Positions 22,349-24,000 of a DNA stretch of 24,000 nucleotides are shown here, piece after piece (positions within the stretch are counted from its first letter, which is position 1; every line of letters starts with the position of its first letter). Under the pieces are notes generated by a model, which had not been told where the DNA came from, did no database searches, and saw only the letters and a list, made by a program, of their open reading frames with translations. A program made the translations under genes and the position numbers. This DNA comes from Pyrinomonadaceae bacterium (GTDB taxonomy: Bacteria; Acidobacteriota; Blastocatellia; Pyrinomonadales; Pyrinomonadaceae): assembly GCA_041394845.1 (NCBI GenBank), contig JAWKHL010000001.1, positions 464,116 through 488,115 of the forward strand. The letters are read 5' to 3'.

Positions 22349-22413
22349 GATGCGTTGTGCGAACGGGTTTTGAAAATAAAACACCTCGCATTCAAACGCA
22401 TCTTTTTATTTTT
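22349..22413 (+). terminator. Interrupted hairpin plus T-rich run after rpsU, abutting the surE ATG
   Basis: GATGCGTT..TGCGA...TCGCA..AACGCATC (22349-22402), then TTTTTATTTTT. The loop is large, so terminator activity is uncertain. Confidence 0.35.
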
Positions 22414-22416
22414 GCC

Positions 22417-23172
22417 ATGAGCAATTCGGAAAAACCCCGCATCCTGATCACCAATGACGACGGTTATCATTCGGAAGGGATCATCGCGCTGGAGGAGGCG
22501 CTGAGCGAGATCGGCGATTGTTTCGTCGTCGCGCCGGCTTCGGAAATGAGCGGAGCCTCTCATTCGCTGACGCTGGCCCGCCCTTTGAGGATCCGCCAGA
22601 TCGACGAACGGCACTGGACCATCGACGGCACTCCGACCGATTGCGTAACTCTGGCCTTAAACCAGATCCTGCCGCCCGAACTGCGCCCCGATATCTGCGC
22701 TTCGGGGATCAATCCGGGGGCCAATCTGGGCGATGACGCGACCTATTCGGGAACCATCGCCGGAGCGCTCGAAGCGACCATTCTCGGCGTTCCGGGGCTG
22801 GCGTTTTCTCTCGTCGCTTACCGCAATCAGGATTACACCGAATCGGCCCGGGTGGCCAGGCAAATGGTCGAAAAGGCGCTCCGCGAGGGATTGCCGGAAG
22901 GGACGCTTTTGAACGTCAACATCCCGAAAGGCGTGCCGAAAGGCGTCCGCATCACCAAACAGGGTTTTAAGAACGCCCGGCCCGTGATCAGCGAACATAT
23001 CGATCCGCGCGGGAAACTCTACTACTGGATCGGCGAGGTGCGCGAGGGTTTTCACCCCGAAGGCGGAACCGATTTCGAGGCGGTCGACGAGGGATTCGTT
23101 TCGGTAACGCCGATGCGGAGCGATCTGACCAATCATCAGGCGATCGCCGAATTGAGGGATTGGGAGAAATAG
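22417..23172 (+). CDS. surE: 5'/3'-nucleotidase SurE
   Basis: ORF track starts at GTG 22357. The ATG at 22417 gives MSNSEKPRILITNDDGYHSEGIIALEEAL, the canonical SurE N-terminus (ILxTNDDG). GINPGANLGDDATYSGTIAGA also matches. Confidence 0.9.
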   Translation: MSNSEKPRILITNDDGYHSEGIIALEEALSEIGDCFVVAPASEMSGASHSLTLARPLRIRQIDERHWTIDGTPTDCVTLALNQILPPELRPDICASGINPGANLGDDATYSGTIAGALEATILGVPGLAFSLVAYRNQDYTESARVARQMVEKALREGLPEGTLLNVNIPKGVPKGVRITKQGFKNARPVISEHIDPRGKLYYWIGEVREGFHPEGGTDFEAVDEGFVSVTPMRSDLTNHQAIAELRDWEK

Positions 23173-23216
23173 TCGGAAAATTGAGGGATTCCGAAGGCTT
23201 CCCGGACTAACGATTG

Positions 23217-23864
23217 ATGGACGAATTTCAGATAACCCGTCGGGCGATGATCAAACGCCTGCGGGAGCATTACAAATTAAAGGACGAACGGGTGCTCGGG
23301 GTGATGGAAAATGTTCCCCGCCATCTGTTCGTTCCGGATGCGCTGAAATCTCAGGCTTACAAAGACAACGCTCTTCCGATCCCCGGCAACCAGACCATTT
23401 CTCAACCCTTTATCGTCGCCCGGATGACCGAACTGCTGGAACTGACGCCGCACAGCCGCGTTCTTGAGATAGGAGCCGGTTCCGGTTATCAAACGGCGAT
23501 CCTGGCCAGTTTGGCCGAAAGGGTTTACGCCGTCGAAAGAGTCCCGAAGCTGGCCCGGCAGGCCGCCGAAAGGCTCGACTCGCTGGGCATCAGAAACGTG
23601 GCGTTGGTTTGCGGCGACGGGACCCTCGGTTGGGAAGAGAAAGCGCCTTTTGACGCGATTCTGGTGGCGGCCGGAAGCCCGGTCCTGCCGATGCCTCTGG
23701 TCGATCAACTGAAGATCGGCGGCCGTCTGGTGATACCGATCGGACAGGATACGAAATCGCAGAATCTGATCCGCGTCATCCGAATGGAAAAAAGTTACCG
23801 GACTCAGGACTTCGGTGCCTGCGCCTTCGTCCCGCTGATCGGCGAACACGGATGGCAGGATTAG
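23217..23864 (+). CDS. pcm: Protein-L-isoaspartate O-methyltransferase
   Basis: ORF track starts at TTG 23214; an ATG follows at 23217. VPRHLFVP, QTISQPFIVARM, VLEIGAGSGYQTAILA (SAM-binding motif I), GDGTLGW, PFDAILVAAG. surE-pcm adjacency is a well-known conserved pair. Confidence 0.9.
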   Translation: MDEFQITRRAMIKRLREHYKLKDERVLGVMENVPRHLFVPDALKSQAYKDNALPIPGNQTISQPFIVARMTELLELTPHSRVLEIGAGSGYQTAILASLAERVYAVERVPKLARQAAERLDSLGIRNVALVCGDGTLGWEEKAPFDAILVAAGSPVLPMPLVDQLKIGGRLVIPIGQDTKSQNLIRVIRMEKSYRTQDFGACAFVPLIGEHGWQD

Positions 23865-23872
23865 ATGTTTTT

Positions 23873-23963
23873 GTGATGGGTGATAGGTGATGGGTGATAG
23901 GATATAACTAGTATGAGGGACGTTGATCGGCGAACAATTACCGTTCACCCATCACCTATCACC
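23873..23963. repeat. Heptamer-built inverted repeat (units GGTGATG/GGTGATA, same unit as 3663-3800); arms 23873-23901 and 23946-23963
   Basis: GGTGATAGGTGATGGGTG (23879-23896) is exactly complementary to CACCCATCACCTATCACC (23946-23963). Begins 9 nt after the pcm stop. Confidence 0.8.
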
Positions 23964-23974
23964 TGGAGAAAAAA

Positions 23975-24000
23975 ATGAAATTAAAACAAGCGTTGGAGCG
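23975..24000 (+). CDS. First codons of an unidentified gene running off the right edge (MKLKQALE...)
   Basis: ATG at 23975 preceded by GGAG 8 nt upstream, open to the window end. Far too short to identify. Confidence 0.3.

Noticed and set aside
3663-23963. Tandem short repeats as a CRISPR array or as protein-coding repeats
   Set aside because: The period is only ~7 nt with no unique spacers, arrays are 30-50 nt long, and they occur as inverted pairs. This is incompatible with CRISPR. The in-frame readings are by-products of ORF calling.

Overview
Bacterial chromosomal window with moderately GC-rich coding DNA and visibly AT-rich intergenic gaps. The taxon cannot be fixed by eye; the gene content would fit an Acidobacteriota-like soil bacterium (low confidence). 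Positions 1-9776 carry only minus-strand genes: ABC exporter (5' part), Rrf2 regulator, HDAC-family deacetylase, a ThiS/MoaD-E1-rhodanese fusion, a JAMM protease, a MetB/MetY-family PLP enzyme, an Mth938-like protein with a small upstream ORF, a cysteine synthase, an FtsB/DivIC-like protein and a phosphohexomutase. After a ~710-bp AT-rich divergent gap, 10488-24000 carries only plus-strand genes: a 678-aa COG1964/Tes-like radical SAM enzyme, three paralogous signal-peptide proteins of unknown function (485, 1196, 1185 aa), rpsU, surE, pcm and the first codons of another gene. I saw no transposase, integrase, CRISPR array, tRNA or rRNA. Main points of interest: (1) a 32-codon leader ORF with five consecutive Cys codons, followed by an intrinsic terminator directly upstream of cysteine synthase, which looks like a cysteine-sensing transcription attenuator; (2) a protein-thiocarboxylate sulfur-transfer cluster in which the ubiquitin-like carrier (ending IAGG) is fused in frame to its own E1-rhodanese, next to a JAMM protease, a MetY-like and a CysM-like enzyme; (3) a promoter-leader-terminator unit, possibly SAM-II-like, upstream of the MetY-like gene; (4) a family of intergenic hairpins whose arms are built from tandem 7-nt units and abut stop codons; (5) the tandem paralog family of large secreted HEAT-like/propeller-like proteins; (6) the Tes-like radical SAM gene with a good sigma-54 promoter match. 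All calls come from reading the sequence by eye plus the supplied ORF track. No database search or folding computation was run.
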